64,000 nucleotides of DNA, from positions 992,001-1,056,000 of the forward strand of contig OZ251235.1 of the NCBI GenBank assembly GCA_965240325.2, given 5' to 3'. The notes beneath the pieces were generated by a model. That model did no database searches. It saw only the letters and a list, made by a program, of their open reading frames with translations, and was not told where the DNA came from. Both the position numbers and the translations under genes were made by a program. How positions within the stretch are numbered: the first letter of the stretch is position 1; each line of letters opens with the position of its first letter. This DNA comes from Rebecca billardiae RCC1528 (taxonomy: Eukaryota; Protista; Haptophyta). Shown here piece by piece: positions 43,014-52,959 of this stretch.

Positions 43014-43532
43014 TCACTGCCTGTAGCCCGCCTTAGCATTTGCCTTCTCCAGATTGACTGCACCTGGCACGACGAACACGTCGCGGCCGAGGTCGGTGCG
43101 GCCACTCTTGCCGTTGACCTTGTCAGCGTCCACACGCACATATGCCTCGACGCGATGTGGGGCTCCGCCCGCGCCGTCATAGTTGTTCTTGAGGAGACCG
43201 TCTGACGACGCTCGCGGTTGCTTGGCCGTGAAGTAGACGCCGCTGCCGAGAGCGCAGTCACCGGCGCTCGAGCTCGGCTGGATGTGGCCGGTCTGACGAA
43301 TCTTGCCGAGCGAGTCCGAGGACGTGTAGTGGAAGAGGTACTTGGGCTCGGCCGTGTTCTGGCGCACAGATGCTTCAATGGCGCCCGAGTACGCGACCGG
43401 GTCGCTGATGGGCCGACCTCTACGCGTGTAGGTTGGCGCGCCGGTGCGTGCATACGCTTCCGGGTTGCGGACGCGCGTGCCGGAGGCGGTGTACACTTCA
43501 GAGGAGAAGCTCCCGCGCGAACCCTTGGGCAT
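43014..43532 (-). CDS. Tox-ART-HYD1-type ADP-ribosyltransferase domain protein (172 aa), intronless
   Basis: YLFHYTSSDSLGKIRQTGHIQPS..DCALGSGVYFTAKQP..LLKNNYD..VEAYV..GRDVF fits the H-Y-acidic ART signature; two N-terminal YTxxGxxxxxPxAY repeats. Confidence 0.8.
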   Translation of the reverse strand: MPKGSRGSFSSEVYTASGTRVRNPEAYARTGAPTYTRRGRPISDPVAYSGAIEASVRQNTAEPKYLFHYTSSDSLGKIRQTGHIQPSSSAGDCALGSGVYFTAKQPRASSDGLLKNNYDGAGGAPHRVEAYVRVDADKVNGKSGRTDLGRDVFVVPGAVNLEKANAKAGYRQ

Positions 43533-44330
43533 GAGGGCAGGTCGTTTGCTGGCCGATTTCTGCGGGTGGCTGCGGCGAAGCCGCGAAGAAGGAACAAACA
43601 GTACGGTCGTACTCGTTCGGTAGGGTGGACCGTTCTGAGTCACCGGTAGGGGGTGTACAGTCTACTGCGGTGAGGTGCCTACACCAAAGGAACCTTTGCC
43701 TACCAGCAGGTCCTTGGCCGAGCTGGCTCGAGCCTCGACGTGACGCGAGGGGCTGAGATCAGCATGGCCGCCTGGCACTCCCCAGCCCACGCGCGTGCCG
43801 CTTGGGCGGCGGGTCAGGGCCCACGATGGCGGCTGCGGCGGTGGCGCTGGCAGGAGGGGCGTGGTGATTGATCGTGCGCGCAACGCGCAACGCTCACGCG
43901 CCTTCGCCGCCATTCCTCCGCGCCATTCTCGCCAGCTTGCACGGCCGGCGCGGGTGCCCGGCCAGGTCTTCACAGTTGTGAGTTGGCGGCTGAGCCTGAC
44001 TCCTGAGACTGAGTGAGACACTGAGTGCGCTGGCGGGAGCGGCTCCGCCGAGTCCGCGGGCCCCGCGCGCGAGCGAGCGAGGGGTGTCGAGGTCTGTCCC
44101 GGCGCAGAGGACCGACAGACAGTGAGACACTACGGTCTAACCCCGGCAGGTGGCCGCCATCCGCCTCCGCCGGCTCCGGGCGGTAACCGCTCAGACCGCT
44201 GGCAACGCCCTAACGGTCCCCGGGATAAGTTCACTAACTCAGGCTTCTGCCTCAGAGTCACGCGAGTCGAACGTCGGACTCGGAGTCCGTCCGTCAATCG
44301 TCAAGACGAACACGTCAGACGGTCAGTGCG

Positions 44331-46139
44331 TCATCGAATGCAGCGATATGGTGACGTGACAGCGGCCTCTGCTGGTAGTGGTAATGCCGCAAACGCCGCT
44401 GCCACGCCGACACCTGCACCCATCGCTGACGGAGGCGCTGAGCAGCCCACGGCCGCGTCGCCCCGCCGGGCTTCGCCACTGCCACCGGTCACAGCCGCGA
44501 CTGCCGTGCTCGCCACCGGCCCGTCGCGCACGATGCCCGCGCTGCCGCCGCTTGCCCGGACCGTACAGCTGGCGGGCTGCAACGGCCCGCCCGAGCCGGC
44601 CGTCCCCTGTTGCAAGCGCTCGGGTGCTGGCCCCGAGATGTATGCCTCGAGCAGGCACGCGGCGAGGCTGTCGACGCCCGAGAGCGAGGCGCACGTCTCC
44701 TCCTCGAGCCGCTCACTCGCAGCAGGGTGCCCGGCTTCGAGCTGCGTCGGCGCGCGTCGAAGCACCGCCGTCGCAGCGTCGCCTCCTCGGCCTCCTGGCC
44801 CGCAGCGCGCGCCCAGCCGAAGGCCAAGGCCGAGGTTGGGCCGCGCCGCGGCTGCGCCACGTGCGCGCTGCGGCCGATTCTCCTTCCCGCCGCCCGGCGC
44901 GCCGGCCGCGCTGAAGCTGGCAGAGCGCGTGCACGCCAGCTCGGCGCGCGGCGTCGGGGGCTCGCTGTCGGCGCGGCGGCGCGAGCGTGCGCGCGTGAGC
45001 TGCGGCGACGGCGGCATGGTCGCCTGCCCGGCGATGCCGCGCTCGCGGCGCTCGCGCGCGAGCTCCTGGCGTGCGCGTGCGAGGGCGTGCGGGCAGAGCG
45101 GCGCGCAGCCGTGCGTCCCCGGGCTTCCGCCGCCGCCGCCGCCGCCGAGCTGTCGGCTAGCCGGCGCGCACGCGCACGCGCTCGCACTCGTGAGCGGCGC
45201 TGGGTGCGCGTTGGCACGCGCTGCGGCGTCCGGTACGGTGCCGGGCGCGGGGTAGAGCGCGCGCACGAGGGCGCACTCGTCGGACGTGCCGGCTGCGTCG
45301 TCTGCGCCTGCGCGCCCCTCCGCCCCGCCGCCGCCGCCGCCGAACCCCTCCTCGGCCGTGGAGAGCAGCTCGGCCGCTTCGGTGCAGCTGCGCGCGCACA
45401 CGAGCCACATGGCGCGCGCGCCGAACAGCGTGAGCGCGGTGGCGAGCATCACCGCGCCGCCGCCGCCCGGCTCGACCCACTCCTCGTAGAGGATGCAGTC
45501 CCACAGCCGGATACACTGCGCCGGCGCGAGCGTGCCGTGGCCGCACAGCAGCAGCCACCGCGCCGCGACAGCGCCGATTGGCAGCCCGAGTGTGTCGAGC
45601 CGCGCGCACGCGTGCGGCCAGCGCGCACGCGCGAGCGCGTCGAGGAGGGCGAGCTCGAGGTGGAGCGGCACGAGGTCGTGCGCGAAGAGGCCTACGCGCT
45701 CGGAGAGCCGGAGCAGCGCCCAGAATGCCGCCTCCTCCTCCCCGACCACCGCGAGCATGAAGCTGCAGAGGAAGTTGAGCCCTTGCGAGTATCCACCGCC
45801 ATCCGCAGGCGCGCGCGCGTGGACCAGCGCGACGAGGACGCGCTCGACGGCGGCGTGGCTGGCAGGCGGCGTGCACGGCGTGCGGGGCACGTCGGCACGC
45901 AGCAGCCGCGCGTCCGCGTCGGGCAGCCCGTCTGCGCCACCGCTCGCGAGCTGCGCGTACGTGCGGCATGCGCCGCCCGGCGCCGCGCTCGCCGCCGCCG
46001 ACTCATCTGCGCCCGTCCACACGCGCCAGAGCTCGGCGCGCACGGAGGCAGGGATGCCGTCGCAGACGATGCGCCGGAACGCGCCGCGCCGCGCCGCGGG
46101 TGCGAGACGCCACGCGTCGACGTGCGGGCAGGCCCGCAT
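44331..46139 (-). CDS. Rab-GAP TBC domain protein with disordered C-terminal half
   Basis: GIPASVRAELW, LRADVPRT (Arg finger), YSQGLNFL (Gln finger), EEEAAFW, RWLL, IRLWD. Start codon uncertain (Met 46139 chosen). Confidence 0.88.
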   Translation of the reverse strand: MRACPHVDAWRLAPAARRGAFRRIVCDGIPASVRAELWRVWTGADESAAASAAPGGACRTYAQLASGGADGLPDADARLLRADVPRTPCTPPASHAAVERVLVALVHARAPADGGGYSQGLNFLCSFMLAVVGEEEAAFWALLRLSERVGLFAHDLVPLHLELALLDALARARWPHACARLDTLGLPIGAVAARWLLLCGHGTLAPAQCIRLWDCILYEEWVEPGGGGAVMLATALTLFGARAMWLVCARSCTEAAELLSTAEEGFGGGGGGAEGRAGADDAAGTSDECALVRALYPAPGTVPDAAARANAHPAPLTSASACACAPASRQLGGGGGGGSPGTHGCAPLCPHALARARQELARERRERGIAGQATMPPSPQLTRARSRRRADSEPPTPRAELACTRSASFSAAGAPGGGKENRPQRARGAAAARPNLGLGLRLGARCGPGGRGGDAATAVLRRAPTQLEAGHPAASERLEEETCASLSGVDSLAACLLEAYISGPAPERLQQGTAGSGGPLQPASCTVRASGGSAGIVRDGPVASTAVAAVTGGSGEARRGDAAVGCSAPPSAMGAGVGVAAAFAALPLPAEAAVTSPYRCIR

Positions 46140-46663
46140 CAGCCCTGGGCCAATGGAGGGTGGGGGGGGCCGGTGGCCGGCATTAATTTTGAAATCCTGG
46201 AGCTGTGGAGCGTGGGTTTTCATTTTCTCGCCGTGATTTTGTTTTCGACGAGACCGGAGTTTCAACCGCGGGATGGCCCGCCGTTCAAACCCGCAAACGT
46301 CAATTTGCACCCTTTCGAGATTTGGGGCACGCGGCCCCAAACCTCGGCGCCAGCGCCCACGTGGCCGTTCAACGAAACTTCTGCCTTCTCATATGCGTTT
46401 GTAGGCCCTCTTATGCGACCCAGCGTGTTTCGTTGTGCTGATCTCCACGTGGCAAACGCAATCTCCGAGGGAACCCCGCGCTCTGCACCGTCCCGCCCGG
46501 TAAGCCACACGCGTTTGCGACCAGTGAAAGAGGTGGCGGATCGCCCAAGCGCTCGTGAGCAAGGAGGAGGACCACCAGTGCCGAGTCCCCCAGCGTATGG
46601 CAACGGGGACGGACGCGCGCACCCTGGACCACAACTCCCTCTCGAGAAATCGCACGCACAGCC

Positions 46664-47518
46664 ATGGCGCCGCACTTCGCGCTCGCCGCGCTGCTCGCGT
46701 CCGCTGGCAGCACAGACATTCGACCGGGCTCGATGCTCGGCTCGTTTAAGCCGCCCAGCGCGAGGTCAGGCGCGCCGCGCGTGGGATCGTCGCAGGTTCG
46801 CGGCGTGGGGCAGGGCGTGACATGGCAGTCCCTCTTCGTCCGACCGCGCGAGCCGCCTCAGCCTCCATGGGAGCGATTCGCGAGCACGTGGGAGTCGAAG
46901 TGGGGAGCGATCAGCCACGGGCACGTGCTGCAAGAATCGATCGCTGCGTCGACGCTGCAGGTGCTCGGCGAGGTGGGCGCGCAGCTCATCCTGGGGTACG
47001 ACGTGAACTCGCTCGACTGGGAGCGCATCGCCACGCGCGCCTCCGCCGCCGGCCTGTGGTACGCCGTCTGGATGTCGCGGTACGTGCACGCGATCGACGC
47101 GGTCGAGGAGGTCGCGCCCGACGCGATGGGCGAGGGCGCGGGGACGAAGGGCGAGATGCTCTCGGTGGGCGTGCGCACCGCGATCGACAACTTCGTGAGC
47201 ACGCCGCTCCTCTACTTCCCCTTCTTCCACGTCTTCACCGGCATGCTCCTCGAGCACTCCACCCTCACGCAGTGCCTGCAGACGTACCAGTCCGTCTGGC
47301 TGCAGGAGAACGAGTCCTCTGCGATGATGTACATCCCGGCGCAGATCGCCAACTTCGCGGTGGTGCCGCAGAAGTACCGCGCGCCGTTCCTGTTCAGCGT
47401 CGACTTCTGCTGGGCCATCGTCTGGGCGCTGCTCCTCACGCCGCACCCCGACGCGGTCGACGCCGCCTCCGCCGCCGCCGAGACCGTCAGCGCGATCGCG
47501 GCCGCGAGCGGCGCATAG
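46664..47518 (+). CDS. Mpv17/PMP22 family membrane protein with N-terminal signal (284 aa)
   Basis: VLGEVGAQ, DWERIA, AIDNFVSTPLLYFPFF, YIPAQIANFAVVPQKYRAPFLFSVDFCW. Confidence 0.88.
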   Translation: MAPHFALAALLASAGSTDIRPGSMLGSFKPPSARSGAPRVGSSQVRGVGQGVTWQSLFVRPREPPQPPWERFASTWESKWGAISHGHVLQESIAASTLQVLGEVGAQLILGYDVNSLDWERIATRASAAGLWYAVWMSRYVHAIDAVEEVAPDAMGEGAGTKGEMLSVGVRTAIDNFVSTPLLYFPFFHVFTGMLLEHSTLTQCLQTYQSVWLQENESSAMMYIPAQIANFAVVPQKYRAPFLFSVDFCWAIVWALLLTPHPDAVDAASAAAETVSAIAAASGA

Positions 47519-49034
47519 CGACACGCCCGCCGCATGTACACCACCCGACGACCACCTCGCCACACGCACGCGCTCGAGTTGCACACGCACCGCGCGCGCG
47601 CGAGGAGAGCCTCGCGCGCGCAGAGGCCTGCCCGCGCGGCGCCCCTCGCCCCTCCGTCCTCGACCGAGCTCCGGCCGCGCATGCAGCGACCCTGCTGCCG
47701 GCCTGCTGCCGCCTCCCTCCGTCAAACACCTTCTCGCTCGACCGGAGCCACCGCCGACATTTTTCACCGACTCGGTCCGGGCGCCGGTGATGCCCGGACG
47801 CGCCTTTTCTGCCGAACGCGACGCGGACGCGGGGTGGCTGTCTGCCGACCGCGCCCCGCGCCATCAGGCCGCCGCTCACCTGTACACCACTCCCGGTTGA
47901 CATGCGCCGCTGTGTCGCCGCATGTCACCGACCGCGACCGCCAACATCACTCATTCGCATTGCCGCGGATGCCGATGCAGCACCACTGTCCACTCGACCT
48001 CTGTCTCAACATGTGACCCGCTACCACCACAGTGACGCAGTCCGCCCCAAGTAGTACCCACCTTTGTACAAAGTTGTATCCAGTCTCATAGTGACAATTT
48101 TTTTAAAATTCAGAAAAAGTTCCGGGCGGCCAAGTGCTCCGAAGTCATGCACTAGGATCACCTAGATTACCGAAGGCGAAGACACACTACACTAGTTTAT
48201 AGTTAGTAGCCGTAGTAGTTACAGAGTCACTCAGTCAGGCTCACTTACGGTACTTATCAGTATTATTTTGCCGCTGATGAAATAGTAACTGACAGCAGCA
48301 CGCGGGCACCGCCCCGGCCGACCGTGCGCGCACCGCCACCGGGCCCAGTGTCAGGGCTCTGACGGCCTCCGCCTCCGACTCGCCGTCGGACGTCCGCGTC
48401 GTACTGCCAGACGTACTCACTCGGTACTGGCGAGTGGCGAGCCCAGGCTGCCCAGCGGCCGGGCCGCTGCGTTTTTTGTCGGGCCTGGGCCGCAACCCGC
48501 GAACAATTCACGCTTTTTTTCGCGATGCCCGCGGTTCTGCCTTCCCATTGGTCGGTCGATGGATCATCTCAACTTCTCCCGGGACAAAGTGAGACATATT
48601 ATCTCAATAGCATCTTTATGAATCTTTGGAATCAAAGCTGAAAGAGCCAATCGTCATCCCGAAAGGCACGATGATGCCGATTCGGCCTAGCTGCAATCTT
48701 GTTAGCATCTCGGCCACTGTTCGCTGGATTTGTGCGGGTTTCTCAGCGGTCGAAGGGGTCTCAAGCAAAGTTGAAGGCTTGCGGGAGCGGAAAACTAGGA
48801 GACCGCGGCGAAGTGGCGACAGCTTGCGAAGGGCGTCCACGATGGGCCATACGGCTTACTGTGCAAGGCAACTCGTGCGGGATCGGGCGCGTACGGCGAC
48901 GTTTGCATGGTCGTCAATGCGCAGGGTGGGCGGCCTGCGGTGAAACTCACACGACGCCCGACCGCTGGCAACCACACCGCCGTCAGGCCGAGCTTGGCCG
49001 CACCCCGCGTGCGGCGTGGACCGGCCGCCGAGTG

Positions 49035-49231
49035 GCTTGCGGCCCGCTCAGCACGTACGTCGTCTCACGCATCGGGCCGAAGCAGAAGCGGCGGTACATG
49101 AAGCTGGCAGACTCGGTCATGGAGTGCTTGTCGGTGCCGTCGAACGTCCACCCACCGACGTCCGTGCCGATGCCAAACTCCTTCTGCTGGCATCCGAGGC
49201 ACTCGATGATCACGCCCTTCGCCTTCGGCTT
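49035..49231 (-). pseudogene. Possible phospholipid scramblase gene fragment
   Basis: KAKGVIIECLGCQQKEF..ESASFMYRRFCFGPMR resembles the scramblase N-terminal core (E-S..R..CGP.R); no start codon or C-terminal part. Confidence 0.4.
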
Positions 49232-50879
49232 GTGGAGGCGTCCACGGCGTACCCGTATTGATTGGGACAGGCGATGCGCGAGGACAGCTGAGGGCAAGCC
49301 AGCCCGCGCGGTCCGAGCGTGCGCAGCGCGCGCCGCTGGGCTTGCGTGGCGGCAACAGGCTCCGTTGTGCGGCAGACGGTCGAGTCCGGGGCGCACACGT
49401 GCTGACGCAGTCGCCTACGCAACTGGCTTCGGCTGCCGTGCCTTCGCGGTCGTGCACCAAGCCTGCGTCGCCGCGCGCCGACGCGCCGCCGGCGCGGCGG
49501 AGTGCGGGACGCGGTGCCGCCGCCAGTCAGTCGTCCGGCTGACGAGTCCGCGTCGTTCAGTCACACACGGACGACGGCTGCCGCGTAATGACCGGGCTGG
49601 CCCGCGGCCGCCCACCCAGCCAGTCCCAGGGTGTCCGGAGTCGTGACCGTTGGCAACGGTCACGACAGTGCTCAGGCCTCCTCCGAGAAGTTCGGCGCGT
49701 CGGGCTCGATCGTCATGCCGGCTGTCATGCCGCGCGCGCTAAATATTATCGTCGTCGATCGATTAATAATCTAAACGGGCGCCGTCGCCATTGCAAACTT
49801 ATTCAAAACTTAAACTACGTCCGTACCGTCGGCTAGTACCGCTCAGATACTGCTCCAGCAGTCAGACTGTCAGTCCGACGGTCACTCCGGGACCGCCGGA
49901 CTCAGACTCAGTGCGTGACTTGTACTCTCCGGACCGGCACGGATGACCGCACGGTCCGACAGACGAGTCGGATCGACGGAGACAGGAGAGCCAGACTGAG
50001 ACACGCGTCAGTTCGATAACGTGAGACAGTCATAGCACCGTACTCCGTAGTAGCCGACGAGGGCTCGGACAGTCGGACTCGACGTGTCAGTCCGTCAGAC
50101 CGTCCGCCGTACGCGTCAGTGACGAGACAGCGGCGCCAGTCGGTCGCCAGTCGAGTGCGGCACCGGGGCGGGAGCCGGAGCCGCTGTCCGAGTGGCACGC
50201 GGGTCCGAGCAGTTACACCGTGACGCCCGGCCTAAGTCGGTCCGCGCAAGACAGAGGTCGTGAGAAGACGCCGGCGGATCTGATCTGACTTACTGAGACT
50301 GAGCAGATGGCATCATATTCATATATAGCAGCATGCTGATCATATAAGTATATAGATAGCATCAGCCGTACCGCAGCAGTAAGGCTGATGTAGGCCGCCT
50401 GCGCGGCCCTGAGCGGGAGCCTGATGCCAGCTGACTCCTGTCTGAGGCGCGCCCGGCGCTGCCGCGCCCGGCACCCGGCTCCGGCGCGGCCGGTGCAGGT
50501 CAGCCGTCACTCGTCAGGGTGTCAGCGGTCAGGACCGCGTCCGGCGTCCAAAATCTACGAGTCTGTCCGCGGTCTCGGCGCCCGGGTCCGGACCTTGAAG
50601 TCACTCAGCTGCGTCCGATGCCGCCATCCACAGAGGTATACAAAGTCCGTCTCCACGATCGTCAGAGTCACGCCGCCTCCTGACTAAGGCCGCCGGGCGC
50701 GCGCGCGTCGCGCCCCGGCCGTGAGGTGATCGTGAAGAACTGCGCGCGCGTACGGCGCGCGCGCGTGCCGCGAGGGCTGAATTGGAATGGAACCCTGCCG
50801 TGCCAGGATATGCCCATCGCCCTCTGTCCTCGGGCGTCGCCCGTCCCAATGAATACTGGTACGCAGTGGACACCTCCAC
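49232..50879. mobile_element. Segment bounded by ~61-64-bp imperfect inverted repeats
   Basis: GTGGAGGCGTCCACGGCGTACCCGTATTGATTGGGACAGGCGATGCGCGAGGACAG at 49232 vs the reverse complement ending 50879: 7 substitutions in 56 nt; no TSD visible. Confidence 0.6.
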
Positions 50880-51110
50880 CTGCAGGCGTACAAGCGAACG
50901 GCGGCGGGCGACGAGGGGCACTGTGATGTGCGTGCTGCATCCAGGCAGCGCGCCGGACGCGTACCTGAGCTTCCTGAGAAGCTGGGCCTTGCATCGGGCT
51001 GTGCTGTTCTCGGCGGACGCGCGTCGTGTGAGCTTCACCATAGCCAGCCCACCCTGGGTGTCGACGACCTTGTAAACATCGCCATGCGTGCTCGTCATCG
51101 TACCGCATAA
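50880..51110 (-). pseudogene. Possible protein-kinase N-lobe fragment
   Basis: THGDVYKVVDTQGGLAMVKL..ARCKAQLLRKLR..HITVPL resembles degenerate subdomains I-IV; ends at the inverted repeat. Confidence 0.35.
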
Positions 51111-52448
51111 CGGTTCAGCCTCTCCGTAAGCCGCAGATGGGACATCCATCTGCTCGACTCCTCGCTGGGGAGCCTCGGGTCGCGCGCCGAATTCACCGAC
51201 TTGCGCGACCTCAGCAGCCGGCCGAGCGGCGCCCAGCCGCGCATGCTTGCCCCCTCAGCACGGCGCGGCGCGGCGTGCACTCGGGCCAACGGGTGCCGCA
51301 CGACATTTAGATAAAGAGCTTCTGCTCCTGCACTCGCAGGTTCCATAGCACGAGCGCGCCCAAGGCGAAGAGGAAGGCGTCGACGGGTGCGGGCAGCGCG
51401 TGTTCGTCGTGCTCCCCCGAGGAGCGCGCCGAGGGCAACGCCACGTGCGCGGCGCCGGCGACGCCGGGCAGCGTGCTCATGGTGTCGTTGAGGAATTCCG
51501 AGATTCCTCTCCCAGACGCGGCGGCGGCGGTGAGGCCGCGCCGCCCTGCTTGGAAGGAGCTCCGACTCCCAAGAGGGCCTTCGGCTGCAAAGCTGATTCT
51601 CTTCCGATCTCCTAGCCGATCTTCGTTTAGTCTATTGGTCCGACGAAGCACAGAAAATGTTTTTTTGGGGGCCTCGGCGTGCCGATCTCGCACGTTAGTT
51701 TGGCAAGCGGTACAGAAACGCTGCGCAGCGGCCGCTGCCGCTGCGCCTGGTCGTCCGGCCGCAATGACGCGAGGCTGCTGACTGATGACGGAGGACCGCC
51801 GCCCGGCAGGCGGCGCCTGCCGTGCCGCGCGTTCGGCCCCGCCGGCGCTCCGCGGCTGCGGCCGCGTCACTCGTCATCGCCAGCGCAGCGCGTCGTCGTC
51901 AGGCTGCAGGCTTCGTGATATGATGATGACGACGTGAGACCGGAATCCTACTGCTGATGATGATGCCAGTGCCCGGTAGCTCATCACCGGTGCGCGTGCC
52001 ACGTCGCCGTGAGAAGATGCGGCGGGCTGTGGGCTGCACCGCCACGGCTGCGCAGACCGCTGAGACCACGTCAGCATCATCATCCGTCCATCGGCGTGCA
52101 GACAAGACCACCCCGCACCCGGCCGCCAGCGCGCCCGCACGCCGGGCGGCGCCGGCGGGAAGCGCGGGTGCGCAGTCCGTCGATCGGCGGGTGTCAGGTC
52201 AATACGGGCGCACGCACCGGCGGCTCCGCGGCGGGCGCCTGCAGCGGGCGCGGTGCCAGCGCCGGCCATCATGCCTTGGTCGGCTTGAGTGTTCTTGTTA
52301 GCGCATGCTATGGGCACTCGCGAATCGAGTTGGGCGAAGTAAATGGCGCGATAGTCGATGAGAGGCGATGCTTGCTCGGGCAAATATGCCATCTGTTTTA
52401 TAGTTCAGCCATCGCGCCGTTTGATGCAAGCGCCGTCGAGCACACGCG

Positions 52449-52667
52449 CTACTTGCCCTCGGGTGCGTTCTGTGCAGTCCAACCATCCGGCAATGGCCAG
52501 CCGTCTTGCGACTCCGCGAAGCGGACGACGACCTTGTCAGGGGTGATCTCGGCCTTGCGTCCAGCTTCCGTCTTGGTCAGAGCTTCAATCACGGCAGCGG
52601 CTACCTCCTTTCGCACGGCCGCCGTACGAGAGGCTTTGGGGATCCAGTTGATGATGACCAACGGCAT
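52449..52667 (-). CDS. 4-oxalocrotonate tautomerase-like protein (72 aa)
   Basis: Met-Pro start (catalytic Pro1), beta-alpha-beta pattern MPLVIINW..RTAAVRKEVAAAVIEAL..ITPDKVVVRFAE. Confidence 0.8.
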   Translation of the reverse strand: MPLVIINWIPKASRTAAVRKEVAAAVIEALTKTEAGRKAEITPDKVVVRFAESQDGWPLPDGWTAQNAPEGK

Positions 52668-52865
52668 GCTGAATATTGCCGATTGCGCTCCGCGTCCCGC
52701 GACAGCGCGACTCATGAATCACTCGGAAGTCGGAACTCTGGTCCACTCCAGCAGATTCCAGTGGCAGCAGTCTTCCGCTTCACTTTTTCAGCTCGTCCTG
52801 CCGGTGCGGCAACAACATTTTATTAGAAGTAGGACAACAACGCGCGCGCGCGAGATTCGCTGATT

Positions 52866-52868
<3 letters not shown>

Positions 52869-52956
<88 letters not shown>
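52869..52956. repeat. (AT)n microsatellite
   Basis: Direct reading. Confidence 0.98.
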
Positions 52957-52959
<3 letters not shown>

